Source: an uncultured Syntrophaceae bacterium (lineage in GTDB: Bacteria > Desulfobacterota > Syntrophia > Syntrophales > PHBD01). Taken from it: a stretch of 56,109 nt of DNA. Every line of letters begins with the position of its first letter. Position 1 is the stretch's first letter. The position numbers were made by a program, and so were the translations under genes. The notes below the pieces were generated by a model. The model was not told the DNA's origin. It did not search any database and saw only the letters and a program-made list of their open reading frames with translations. Location of the stretch: contig CAYNEJ010000003.1 of NCBI GenBank assembly GCA_964396205.1, positions 1-56,109 of the forward strand, in the 5' to 3' direction. This document shows positions 34,832 to 45,005 of this stretch, piece by piece.

Positions 34832-37800
34832 TCATGCTCCGGGTGAAAACAGCTCGATCAATGCTTCATATTCATAGCGGGCGGCCATCTGCTGCACCCA
34901 CCGGGTGAAATCCGGGTGTTCCGCCGCCAGTTGACCGGCCAGTTCGTTGAAGAGGTCCATGTCGGCGCTCTCCACTGCGTCCCGCATTTGCGAGACCAGT
35001 TCCGGGGCGAGAGCGGCGACGGTCCGGTGCATCCGGGAGGAATCTTCCTCCCGGTCGGGCGCCCTTTCCGGGGCCTCGGCTTCATCATACAGGAAGTCGG
35101 CTCCCGTGAGCAGGCGGATGTTTTCAAACAGGTCCTCTTCCTTGAAGGGCTTCGACAGGTAGCCGTCGGCCCCGGCGGTGAAGATCCTTCGCCGGTCCTC
35201 CTCGAAGGCGCTGGCTGTGACGGCGATGACCGCCGTATTCTTCAGTTCCGGCGTCGACTTGATGACGCGCGTGGCCTCGTAGCCGTCCATGACGGGCATG
35301 GTCATGTCCATGAGGACCACCCGGGAACATCGGGAAGGGCTTGGCGTTGCGGTCCTCCCCGTTGACGGCCTCCCGGGTCGCGAATCCGACGGTGCCGAGC
35401 AGCCGGGTAAGCAACTGGCGGTTCGTGTCCCGGTCGTCGGCGACAAGGATGCGGATCTCGCCCTGGCCGGGCTTCAGGCGCAGGACGCGGCGCTTTGCCT
35501 CCCTGGGTTTCACCTGCTCCTCCGTCCCTTCCCGGACGGGGATCTCGAAGCGGAAGGTCGTTCCCTTGCCGAAAGTGCTGGTCACCGCCATGGATCCCCC
35601 CATGACCTGGACGAACCCCCGGCTCAGGGCCAGTCCCAGGCCGGTTCCGCCGGTTTTGACGCCGGCCCTGGCCTGCTCGAAGGCCTGGAATATGAGGCCT
35701 TTTTCCTCCTCGGTCATGCCGGGACCCGTGTCTTCCACCTCGAAGATGAGAACCACCGTTTCTCCCGTTTCGGCCCTGGCCGCCACGCGCAGGGCGATGC
35801 CGCCCTCCTCGGTGAACTTCACGGCGTTTCCCAGGAGGTTGATGAGGATCTGGCGAAGCTTCCCCTGGTCCGTGGCCGCCCAGCGGGGGACGGGCCCCAC
35901 CTCCTCCAGCAGAAAGGTCAGTTTTTTTGCGTCTGTCCGGATGCGGAACATCCGTTCGATGTTCCGGAGGAAGGCATGCAGGTCGAAGGTGTTCGGCGTG
36001 AAGGTGGCCCGCCCGGCCTCGATCTTCGACATCTCCAGGATGTCGTTGATGAGCGCAAGCAGGTGCTCGCCGCTGCGGTTGATGACATCCAGGTGCTCCC
36101 GGGACTGCGGCGAGAGGTCCGGGTCCCGCTCCATGAGCTGGGCGAAACCGAGGATGGCGTTCATGGGTGTCCGGATCTCGTGGGACATGTTTGCCAGGAA
36201 CGCGCTCTTGGAACGGCTGGCTGCATCGGCGGCATCCTTGGCCTCTTTGAGGATGGTGATGTCCCGGACGGTGCCGCGGAATCCGGCGATGCTGCCCTGT
36301 GCGTCCCGCATCGGATAGGCGGAGGCGGCCGAGTAGGCACTGGCCCCGTCTTTCCTGGTGAGCCGCCAGTAGAAGTCTCCGGAAGGCTTGCCGCTCACGT
36401 AGACTTCGTGGAAAATCCGGTAGATGCGTTGGACTTCGTCTCCGTCTATGTAGGCGCTAAACGGGAGTCCCGTGAGCTCCTCTTCCCCATACCCCAGGAA
36501 TTTGCGCAGCGCCGGGTTGCAGAATCGCATGGTGCCTTTCAGATCCACCTCGTAGTAGCCGCTGTCCATGGTTTCGAGAATGGTCCGGTATTTCTCCTCG
36601 GCCTCCTTCAGTTCCGCCTCCATCCGCTTTCGCTCCGAGATGTCACGGGTCACGCCATTGAAAGCGACGGGCCTGCCCCGTTCGTCCCGTTTCAGGACGG
36701 CGCTGATTTCCATCCACAGCCGGTCGCCGCTTTTGGCGATGTGCTCCGCCTCCATCACAATCCGGTCCGAAGGCTCCCTGCCCGCGGCGACTCTCCCGAA
36801 GCAGGCCATCACGGCCTCCGTGGTCTCCGGGGAAAAGACGTTCTCCAGTTTCAAGCCCACCGACTCCTCGGCGGTGTATCCGAGCATGCGCTCCACCGAG
36901 TTCGAGCAGAACGTGTAGCACATGGCCTTCAGGTCGAAGATCCAGATGATGTCGTTCGTGTTTTCCACCAGGAATTTGTAATTTTCCTCGCTTCGGCGCA
37001 GCGCCTCGGCGGCCTGCTGTTTTTCCGCCTCCTCCCGCTTCCGCTCGGTGATGTCCGTTGTCAGCATGACGATGCCGATCGGGGCGCCCCTGGGATCGCG
37101 CAGGAATGTGATGGTGCTTTCCGTCGGGATGATGGAGCCGTCTTTGCCATACTGCTCCAGCTCCAGCACCCGCACGTTACGGCAGGAGAAATCCGACTCC
37201 CGTTCCAGATCCAGGTCTTCCTGGTAGGCCTTCAGGGCGATTCCCATCGACTCCGGGGTGATCATTTGATCCAGCGTAAATGCCATCACCTCCTCCGGAG
37301 TGAGTCTCAGCATTCGCTGCACGGCGGGACTCACGTAGGTGCACTTCAGGTTCATGTCCCAGATCGAGAGGACGTGAGGGAGCGTTTCGACGACCCGCCG
37401 GAGCTTTTCCTCGCTCTCGCGCAGGGCCTCCTCCGCCCGCTTGCGCTCGCTGATGTCGCGAATGATGTAGACCATGCCGTAGGGGGTGCCGTCTTCCTGC
37501 TCGAGGACGCTGCCGTTCACCTCATACAGAGACTTCCTGCCCCCTTCCAGGGTCAGGTGGTATTCCTTCGGCCCGAGGGGGCCCTCCATCATGAGGATCG
37601 TGTTCTGAATCGCTGCCTCGAGATCCTCGGGAGCGATGAAGGCAAGCATGTTTTGCCCGACGATCTCCTCCCTTTTGTACCCGCTCACTTCGAGGCCCTT
37701 CTCATTGATGTAGAGAACCTCGCCCTGGGTGTTCGTGCGGATCACGATGTCGGGGATGGCCGCGATGAGCCGTGTCGAGAACTCCTCGCTTTCCCGGAGC

Positions 37801-38435
37801 GCCTGGTTCTGCTGCCAGATCTTCTTCGATTTCTCCCAGCTGTTGAACCGCAGGCGGTCCAGGAGAAAAATGAAAAACGCCACGACCACGATCGCGACCA
37901 GGAGGTCGTTCAGGTTGTAGCGCGAGCGGACGGAGTCGAAATACATCCCCTTCGCGAAGCAGGTGCCGAAAAAAACCGTGACCGACAGGACGAGGATCGA
38001 CCAGGCCGCCCGCCGGGGGATCGGGATGAGGGCCAGCAGCGTGGTGACGAGAAGATAGCCGCCGAGGTATGCCGGGTCGGCCTTGGACAGGCCGGTGATC
38101 GCCGCCGTTGCGATCTCGAGATAGCCGCTGATGACGATGATGAAAAGCAGGCTGTGGGAATGGAATCGTCTGAAGCCCTGCAGGATCAGGACGGTCAGGC
38201 CCACCACCGAAAAGCCGAGCCGGAGCGCGATGATGAGCGGCTCATCCGGGTGGAGCTGCCGGTCAATGGGGATATAGGGGAGCAGGGCGAAGACGGCGAT
38301 CAGGGAGACGATGAAGACAATCTTGCCGCACTGGTCGTTGAGTTCCTGGAAGAAGGTCTCCTTGTAGTCGGATGCACCGTTCCAGGAAACGAACGGAACA
38401 CGGAGCCGCTCCCAGATGGATGGCCGGTTATTCAA
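34832..38435 (-). pseudogene. multi-TM, multi-PAS hybrid histidine kinase whose receiver domain is split by a 1-nt frameshift (or a sequencing error)
   Basis: ORF 35124-38435 encodes a TM region, 4-5 PAS, HisKA (MSHEIRTPMNAILGF), HATPase and the first half of REC (ILVADDRDTN...AVNGED). ORF 34832-35446, in the +1 frame, continues with VVLMDMTMPVMDG...KPF. The frames meet at the CCCGGG run at 35320-35325. Confidence 0.7.
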
Positions 38436-38482
38436 TTTCCCCTCCCACGCATGGTGTGCGAAACATGTTGAATGTAAATGGA

Positions 38483-38499
38483 TTGCACCGGTTGTGCAA
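38483..38499. promoter_or_regulatory. inverted repeat TTGCAC-N5-GTGCAA upstream of the large kinase gene
   Basis: Perfect 6-bp arms about 50-60 bp upstream of ATG 38435, in an AT-richer patch. Confidence 0.3.
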
Positions 38500-38586
38500 C
38501 GTTAAAAAGAGAAATGGAGCTCCCCGGGAATGGAACGGGGCCGGAGGCGGAGTCCGCCGGCCGGATCGCGGAAGCGGAACCGTGGC

Positions 38587-39894
38587 CTATGGTTTGGATC
38601 GGGAGTGCCGAAGGAGCGTTTCCACGAGCAGGTCCCTCTCCTCCTCGTTTGCCGTATCGAAGGCCAGGACCTCATCCGGCATGGCCAGGCGGGAGGAGGG
38701 GCCGTAAATGGATTCCCGGCCGGCGATGCCGTCGGCGATCTCCCGCGCGTCTTCGACGCAGGATACACCGCCGGACAGGATGAAGGACTTGAATCCCCTC
38801 ATGGCCGCTTCCCTGTACAGCGCGGGCTCCCTGACGCGGGGGTGCCGGAAGGCGTACAACGCCGCGTCCAGCACGGAGACATCGCGGTTCTCCGTACCCC
38901 GGAGCGTCGCGTCCTCGACGGCCTCGCGCCCCCTCGGCAGCGCGGCCTCGATGCGTTCCGGGCCGGCGGGGCCGGGGGCCCCCGCCCGCCGGGAGGTCTC
39001 CAGCGCCCGGGAGATCTCCGCCGGACGCACGGAGAGAAAACGGGCGATCCGCTCCCCCGTCTCCGCCATGCGTCCCGGGGCGATGGTCGCGGGGCCGTCC
39101 GGGAAGACGCAGTACCCGAAGGGCGTGATGATCCGGTCGCAGATGGTGAGCCTCTCGAGGAACATGCGGCTGGAGCGTTCCGGGTCGCCTCCCGTGAGCT
39201 CGAGCCACGCCGGCCGGCTGAAAAACTCCCTCTTGGCGTTGAACATGTAGCCTTCGCCGTCCGGGAACAGATAGAGCGTGTAGTGCAGCGGAGAGCCCAC
39301 AAAAACGATGTCCTCCATCCTGCAGGAGCCGGAGGCCAGGGCCAGGGAGGCGATGAGCACGCATTCGTCGAGGCAGGAGGTCATGCCCAGCGGGTGTGCT
39401 TTCATGTCCTTCAGAAACCGGCCGTACGCCAGGATCACGTCCACGGTGGGGTAGACGAAACGGGGGGCGGCTCCGTTGTCGATCAGTTTTTTCAGGAGCT
39501 CGACGGCCGGGTCCCGGATGACCTCCATTCCCTTTTTGATGATGGACATGGCCCGGTCGCTGCAGAACAGCTCGTCGGGGTCCGTGATCGCCTCGCGCTC
39601 GTAAAGTCCCCAGATCCGGAAGAACTCGATCGATTTGGTGTGGTAGAAGTTCCTGTTCACGAATTTATGAAGCTTCTTCATGGACGCCGCGACGCCGCCG
39701 GGGCCGCCCCCGTCGGAACGGATCCGGCCGGCCAGCTCCCAGAGTCTCGGCGACAGGAGGTTGGCGATCAGAAGGGCGACGATCAGGTCGGGATAGCGTG
39801 CTGCGGTGAAGAGCGACGGGCTGACGGCCTTGATGAGATAATCTGCTTGTTTATTTGCTGATTGCGGCATCGGTTGTTCCTGCCTTTCTGCCAT
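38587..39894 (-). CDS. hypothetical protein (435 aa), possible transglutaminase/papain-like Cys-His core
   Basis: Long ORF with normal codon bias. Segment GMTSCLDECVLIASLALASG...GSPLHYTLYLFPDGEGYMFN resembles the Cys...His...Asp/Asn order of transglutaminase-like proteins. Alternative start at 39870. Confidence 0.6.
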   Translation of the reverse strand: MAERQEQPMPQSANKQADYLIKAVSPSLFTAARYPDLIVALLIANLLSPRLWELAGRIRSDGGGPGGVAASMKKLHKFVNRNFYHTKSIEFFRIWGLYEREAITDPDELFCSDRAMSIIKKGMEVIRDPAVELLKKLIDNGAAPRFVYPTVDVILAYGRFLKDMKAHPLGMTSCLDECVLIASLALASGSCRMEDIVFVGSPLHYTLYLFPDGEGYMFNAKREFFSRPAWLELTGGDPERSSRMFLERLTICDRIITPFGYCVFPDGPATIAPGRMAETGERIARFLSVRPAEISRALETSRRAGAPGPAGPERIEAALPRGREAVEDATLRGTENRDVSVLDAALYAFRHPRVREPALYREAAMRGFKSFILSGGVSCVEDAREIADGIAGRESIYGPSSRLAMPDEVLAFDTANEEERDLLVETLLRHSRSKP

Positions 39895-40218
39895 GAATGT
39901 TCAGGATTGTGGGGGGAATGATCTGCCGGACCAAGGCCCCTGTCAAGAAGGAGCATGCGAAGTGCATGCGAGGAGCATGTGAATCTTTCCGCCGGGGCTT
40001 CCGCCAGCACATCCGGTCTGGTTGCGGTGGCGTCTTGCAGAGAACCGCCGGCCTGGTCTCCCAGTTTCTTCACCGAGGCGACAGGCGCCGCCGGGTTGTA
40101 TGCTTTTTCTCCGGGAAAAGGTCACAGCCCGGTTGCAAAACGGAAATATCTCTCTATAATGCCCTCTGCGGACTCCCCGTGGAGATCCGAATTTTTGCGC
40201 GATTCCGAAAGGTTGACG

Positions 40219-41427
40219 ATGGCGTACACGGACATGGACGACGGCCGGCTGGCCCGGCAGATCTTTTCCGGAGAGGATAGACTGGGGGCCGATTTCGTGG
40301 AAGAGGTGAAGCGGAGGAGGGAGGCGGTGCTCCCGATGCTGTGCGAGGTTCTCTTTCACGAGGAGAACTACGACTGGGAAGACGGCCGGGGCTGGGGCGT
40401 GATCCACGCTGTCTATCTTCTGGGCGTCCTGGCAGACCTGCGGTCCATTGATGCACTCCTGGCGGCCTCCGGCTTTGCCGCGGACCGGCAGATCGACTGG
40501 ATCACCGAGGCTCTTCCGGAGTGTTACGCCCGCCTCGGTCCGGCGGCGATTCCGCGGCTGAGGGATCACATCCGGGACAATGTCGAGCATGGAGAGCCTT
40601 ACGTGGTCAACGAGATCCTGGGGCTGTGGAACCTCTGGCACGACCGCATCGACGTCCGGGAGGGAATCGAGGCGTTTCTCCTGGAGCTCCTCATGGAGAC
40701 CGCGGGGGATTTCATTGTCCGGACGAACCTGATGGCCGATTTCGCCCAGGCGGGGAGGCGGGATCTGAAAACCCTCTTCCGTCAGTATTACGATCGGGGT
40801 GAGGCGGACCTGGAGACGGTCACCTGGGAGGACCTGGAGTCCTTTTTCGAGGACAGGCCCAATCCACCGACATCCCGGAGGGACCTGGAATATTTCTACG
40901 ATTCCGACGCCATCCGGGAGAGGGAGCGGCAGTGGGCGATCCGGGAGTCGATGTTCCGCCAGCGGGACTGGGAGGACTGGCTCCTGGAAAACATGGACCG
41001 GATCAGCCTGAAGGAGCCCTGTCCCTGTGGATCCGGAGGTCTCTTCGATCAGTGCCATCTTCCCTGGGCCGAGCGGGAAAGGGCGCGCCTCCTGCAGGAG
41101 GATGATCTTGCCCAGACCCGCCTCAAGGCCCGGAACCTCATCGCCCAGGAGCGGGCGGAAGAGACGGCCTTGCGCCGGTTTCTCGCGGACCGGGGCCAGG
41201 CTGACCTGTTCCCCCTCATCAAACGCAAGGTCCTTGAGAGCGTCCGGGGCACAACCAGCAAGTCCCGCAGCCGGGGCTTTACGGCGGCGTTCCAGACATT
41301 TTTCGGGCAGGTGGAGTTTCGGTCGAAAGACGAGTTCAACGAATTCATGGAGCACCTGACCGCTTACTACAACGCCCTGACAGTCCAGTTCGAAGAGCAT
41401 CCGGGCAACGGACGGAGCCTGCACTGA
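40219..41427 (+). CDS. SEC-C motif protein (DUF1186-like N-terminal region)
   Basis: Start taken at ATG 40219 (MAYTDMDDG) within ORF 39955-41427. Internal SEC-C-type metal motif CPCGSGGLFDQCH. Confidence 0.65.
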   Translation: MAYTDMDDGRLARQIFSGEDRLGADFVEEVKRRREAVLPMLCEVLFHEENYDWEDGRGWGVIHAVYLLGVLADLRSIDALLAASGFAADRQIDWITEALPECYARLGPAAIPRLRDHIRDNVEHGEPYVVNEILGLWNLWHDRIDVREGIEAFLLELLMETAGDFIVRTNLMADFAQAGRRDLKTLFRQYYDRGEADLETVTWEDLESFFEDRPNPPTSRRDLEYFYDSDAIRERERQWAIRESMFRQRDWEDWLLENMDRISLKEPCPCGSGGLFDQCHLPWAERERARLLQEDDLAQTRLKARNLIAQERAEETALRRFLADRGQADLFPLIKRKVLESVRGTTSKSRSRGFTAAFQTFFGQVEFRSKDEFNEFMEHLTAYYNALTVQFEEHPGNGRSLH

Positions 41428-41603
41428 TCCCCGCCGCGCCATGGATGGATATGGAGATGACACAGGGTCCCACGTCTCATCATGCACTCTCTGTCGCCGG
41501 TGCCGGCGGATCCGGGGTTGATGCAGGGAAAGCAGCGCATCGAAGAGTCGGTAACCCGGGGAAGCCGGGAATTCATATCCAACCCAGGAGAAAGGAGAAC
41601 GCT

Positions 41604-42050
41604 ATGAAAGGAAGCCATGCGAAGTGTCAGAGGCGGGGAAACGCATTCTGGACGGCATTTGCCATCCTGGTCCTGGCGGGCCTCGTGCTGGCCATGCCGG
41701 CCCAGGCGCTGCCCGGGGGAAGCTACGGCAAGACCTGCAAGGACTGCACGGACGACGGCCAGGAGCTCGTCTGCCAGTGCAGCTACAAGGGGAAGTACTC
41801 CGGCACCTCGATCCACTACGGTCTGTGTGAATCCGGCAGCGTCACCAACACCCGCAGCAAACTGACCTGCACGGCCCGGGGGAGCTTCCGCCGGTCGTGC
41901 AAGAACATCTCCTGGAACGCGTCACGCCTGCAGGCCGTCTGCAAGACCAAGAAGGGCAAATGGAACGGCACGGTCCTGAGCGGCTGGTCGTCCTGCAGCA
42001 GTGACATCGCCAACTGCGACGGCGCCCTGACCTGCGGCGGATGCCCGTAA
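41604..42050 (+). CDS. secreted Cys-rich CVNH (cyanovirin-N homology)-like lectin
   Basis: AAAGGAGA SD. Signal peptide ...LAMPAQA|LPGG. Two tandem ~50-aa repeats, GS[YF]xxxCK[DN]...L.x.C...G...[TA]N.xxxLTC, ending SDIANCDGALTC (compare cyanovirin DHIANIDGTLKY). Confidence 0.65.
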   Translation: MKGSHAKCQRRGNAFWTAFAILVLAGLVLAMPAQALPGGSYGKTCKDCTDDGQELVCQCSYKGKYSGTSIHYGLCESGSVTNTRSKLTCTARGSFRRSCKNISWNASRLQAVCKTKKGKWNGTVLSGWSSCSSDIANCDGALTCGGCP

Positions 42051-42116
42051 GCCGGCCCGCCCGCCTTCACGGGAGTGGCGGATGATGCGGTCCGTTTGAC
42101 GGGACATCCCGTTGCT

Positions 42117-45005
42117 TCACCCTGTCCCGGCGCCGTCCGCCGCTCCCCGTTTCAGAAAATCCTCCACTTCCCGGCCGGGCATGGGGCGGCAGAAGAAGAA
42201 CCCCTGAATCAGGTCGCAGCCCAGACGCAGCAGGACATTCAACTGGGCTTCCGTTTCCACCCCTTCGGCCAGTGTTTTCAGATTCAGGCTTTTGGCCAGG
42301 GAGACGATGACGGCGGCAATCGCCTCGTCGTCGGGATTCGAGGCGATTTCCCGGACAAACGAAATGTCGATCTTGAGAATGTCCAGGGGCAGCTTTTTCA
42401 GGTAACTCAGAGACGAGTAGCCGGTTCCGAAATCGTCGATGGCGATACGCATTCCCAGTTTCTTCAGCCGGTCCAGGATCAGACCGGTATAAGCCAGATC
42501 GTTCATGAACGTGCTTTCCGTGATTTCCAGCGTGAGGAAGCGGGGATCGACGGCGGACGCACGGATCTCCTCTTCCATGGTGTCCACGAGATCGATCCGG
42601 CGAAACTGGGCGACGGACAGATTGAAGGCCACGGGAACGACGGCCAGTCCCTCACGCTGCCACTCCCCGATCTGACGGCAGACGCTCCGGAACACCCATT
42701 GCCCCACTTCAACGATCATCCCGGTGTCTTCCAGAATGGGAATGAACCGCGTGGGCATGACCAGCCCCAGGTCCTCACTCTGCCATCGCAGAAGCGCTTC
42801 CATGCCGGCGATCTTCCCTGTCCGGGCGTCGAAATAGGGCTGGTAATGCAGGAGGAACTCGCTGTTTTTCAGAGCCCGGTGCAAGTGCCGTTCCAGGAGG
42901 ACGAACTCGGAGGCATGGGTGTTCATTTCCTCCTGGAAAAACAGATAGTTGTTTCCGCCTGTGCCCCTGGCTCCGGAGAGGGCGATGTCGGCGTTCCGGA
43001 GCAGAGTGGCCTCGTCGTGGCCGTCGTGCGGGAAGAGAGAGATCCCGGCGCTCAAGGTCAGAATCAGTTCGATGCCGTTCTTGCGAATGGGCTTCCGGAG
43101 TTGGCTCATAATGTGCTCGACGATCCGGACCACGTCGTCGGAGTGGGCCATGTCGGCCAAGATGAGACCGAATTCGTCGGCGCCGAACCGGGATGCCGTA
43201 TCGCCGTCCCGGATCAGCCCGGAAAGCCGCTCGGCCGTTTCTTTCAGGACCCAGTCGCCGATTTCGTATCCGTACGAATCGTTGATCAGCGAGAACCGGC
43301 CGATGTCGATGCAGACGACCGCGACCTGTCGCCGGTTGTGCTCGGCCCTGCCGAGGGACTGATGAAGGCGGTCCAGGAACAGCATGCGGTTCGGCAGATC
43401 CGTCAGGACGTCGTAGTTGGCCATGTAATGGAGCCGGTCTTCCAGGAGCTTCTGCTGGGAAACATCCTTCGACGTGGTGATGAAATGGGTGATCTCGCCG
43501 CTTTCATTCTTCAGGGGGGTGATGCTGTGGTATATTTCGAACAATCGCCCGTCTTTCCGCTTGTTTGTAATGATGGCCTGGTACGGATGACCGGACTGGA
43601 TCGTCTGCCACAGCTCCCGGTAAAACGTTTTATCGTGTTTCCCCGACTTGAAGATCGCCGGCGTTTTCCCCAGCAGATCATTTTTTTCGAATCCCGACAT
43701 GGCCGTTACGGCTTTATTGACGTATTCAATCCGGCCTTCCAGGTCCGTGACCAGGATCCAGTCCGAAGCCTGCTCCAGGGCCATGGCCAGCTTCTGCATC
43801 TGCCGCCGGTTCTCGATCTCTTCGGTTATGTCATGAACGGTGCCGACCATTCTGACGGGCTGCCCGTCTTCTCCGAGGAAGACACGGCCCTGCTCGTTGA
43901 CAACGCGCACCGAACCGTCCGGGTGCACGATCCGATGGTTGATATCGTATGATGCCTTTTCCTTTATCGCCTTGTTGACGGCCTGCTCGACGAAATCCCG
44001 GTCTCCCGGATGAACGGTCTCCAGAAAGTTGCCGTATGATGCCTGAAACTGCTGCGGCTTGATCCCGAAGATCCGGTAAATCTCATCCGACCAGAGCAAC
44101 TCGCCGGTCCGCATGTTCCAGTCCCAGTTGCCGATTCCGGCTATTTTCTGGGCCTCCCGGAGGCTGTCCTCGCTCCTGCGCAGGGCGTCTTCCACCTTCA
44201 TGCGCTCGGTGATGTCCAGGACGTTGACGATCTGGTGCAGCAGCCGGCCGTCCTCGTCCCGAACGGCCGTCACGTTGACCAGGACGGGAAAGATGGTTCC
44301 GTCTTTCCGGATGTGCTTTGACTCGAAAGAGTAGTGTCCCAGTCTATGGGCGATCCTGATCTGCTCGGGCAGGTCGGCGCGCATCTCCGGAACGATGACC
44401 TCGACAATCGGTCTGCCCGTCAGCTCTTCAACGGTATACCCGTGCATTCTGGCAAATGCAGGGTTCATCGTTTCCAGCGCCCAGCTGTCCGTGCTTCCGA
44501 CGACAACCCCCCATTCCGCGCGCTGAAAGAACTGCGCCCATTTCCTCAATTCGTCCGCAGCCTGTTCCTGTTCGGTGATGTCCTTTGCTATGGAGGATGC
44601 ACCGGAGATCCTGCCGTCTTCATCCATAATGGGGGATACGGTCAGGAGTATGTCAATCTGCCGGCCGTCTTTTCTCCTCCTTTTCGTTTTCAAGTGCTCT
44701 ACGTGCTCCCCCCTGCGGATCCGGTCGAGAATGCCTTTCACTTCGTCCGTATAGCCGGGAGGGACCAGGAGGGAAATGCTCTTCCCGATCGCTTCTTCGG
44801 CCTCGTAGCCGTACATGGCTGCTGCCGCGGGATTCCAGCTTTCAATGACGCCGGCAAGATCCGCGCTCAGGATGGCATCGTTGGAAAATTGAACAATTGC
44901 CGCGAGCCGCAGGATCTCCGGTTCCGTCAATCCGTGGCAGGAGCCGGAGGCCCGTCCGGCGGCGTTTTTCCCGTCCCGATTCTCATGATGTGTTTTTCCA
45001 TGCAT
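42117..45005 (-). CDS. multi-PAS GGDEF-EAL protein (degenerate GADEF, intact EAL)
   Basis: Start set at ATG 45005 (MHGKTHH, GAGGAA SD) within ORF 42117-45161. 4 PAS/PAC, GGDEF domain with RFGADEF, EAL domain (MEALLRW, DDFGTGYSSL). Confidence 0.85.
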   Translation of the reverse strand: MHGKTHHENRDGKNAAGRASGSCHGLTEPEILRLAAIVQFSNDAILSADLAGVIESWNPAAAAMYGYEAEEAIGKSISLLVPPGYTDEVKGILDRIRRGEHVEHLKTKRRRKDGRQIDILLTVSPIMDEDGRISGASSIAKDITEQEQAADELRKWAQFFQRAEWGVVVGSTDSWALETMNPAFARMHGYTVEELTGRPIVEVIVPEMRADLPEQIRIAHRLGHYSFESKHIRKDGTIFPVLVNVTAVRDEDGRLLHQIVNVLDITERMKVEDALRRSEDSLREAQKIAGIGNWDWNMRTGELLWSDEIYRIFGIKPQQFQASYGNFLETVHPGDRDFVEQAVNKAIKEKASYDINHRIVHPDGSVRVVNEQGRVFLGEDGQPVRMVGTVHDITEEIENRRQMQKLAMALEQASDWILVTDLEGRIEYVNKAVTAMSGFEKNDLLGKTPAIFKSGKHDKTFYRELWQTIQSGHPYQAIITNKRKDGRLFEIYHSITPLKNESGEITHFITTSKDVSQQKLLEDRLHYMANYDVLTDLPNRMLFLDRLHQSLGRAEHNRRQVAVVCIDIGRFSLINDSYGYEIGDWVLKETAERLSGLIRDGDTASRFGADEFGLILADMAHSDDVVRIVEHIMSQLRKPIRKNGIELILTLSAGISLFPHDGHDEATLLRNADIALSGARGTGGNNYLFFQEEMNTHASEFVLLERHLHRALKNSEFLLHYQPYFDARTGKIAGMEALLRWQSEDLGLVMPTRFIPILEDTGMIVEVGQWVFRSVCRQIGEWQREGLAVVPVAFNLSVAQFRRIDLVDTMEEEIRASAVDPRFLTLEITESTFMNDLAYTGLILDRLKKLGMRIAIDDFGTGYSSLSYLKKLPLDILKIDISFVREIASNPDDEAIAAVIVSLAKSLNLKTLAEGVETEAQLNVLLRLGCDLIQGFFFCRPMPGREVEDFLKRGAADGAGTG

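Noticed and set aside
34832-35446. 204-aa ORF as an independent response-regulator gene.
   Set aside because: It lacks the N-terminal half of a receiver domain (no DD acidic pocket) and its first ~45 codons look like out-of-frame translation. It is the continuation of the upstream kinase's receiver after a 1-nt frameshift.
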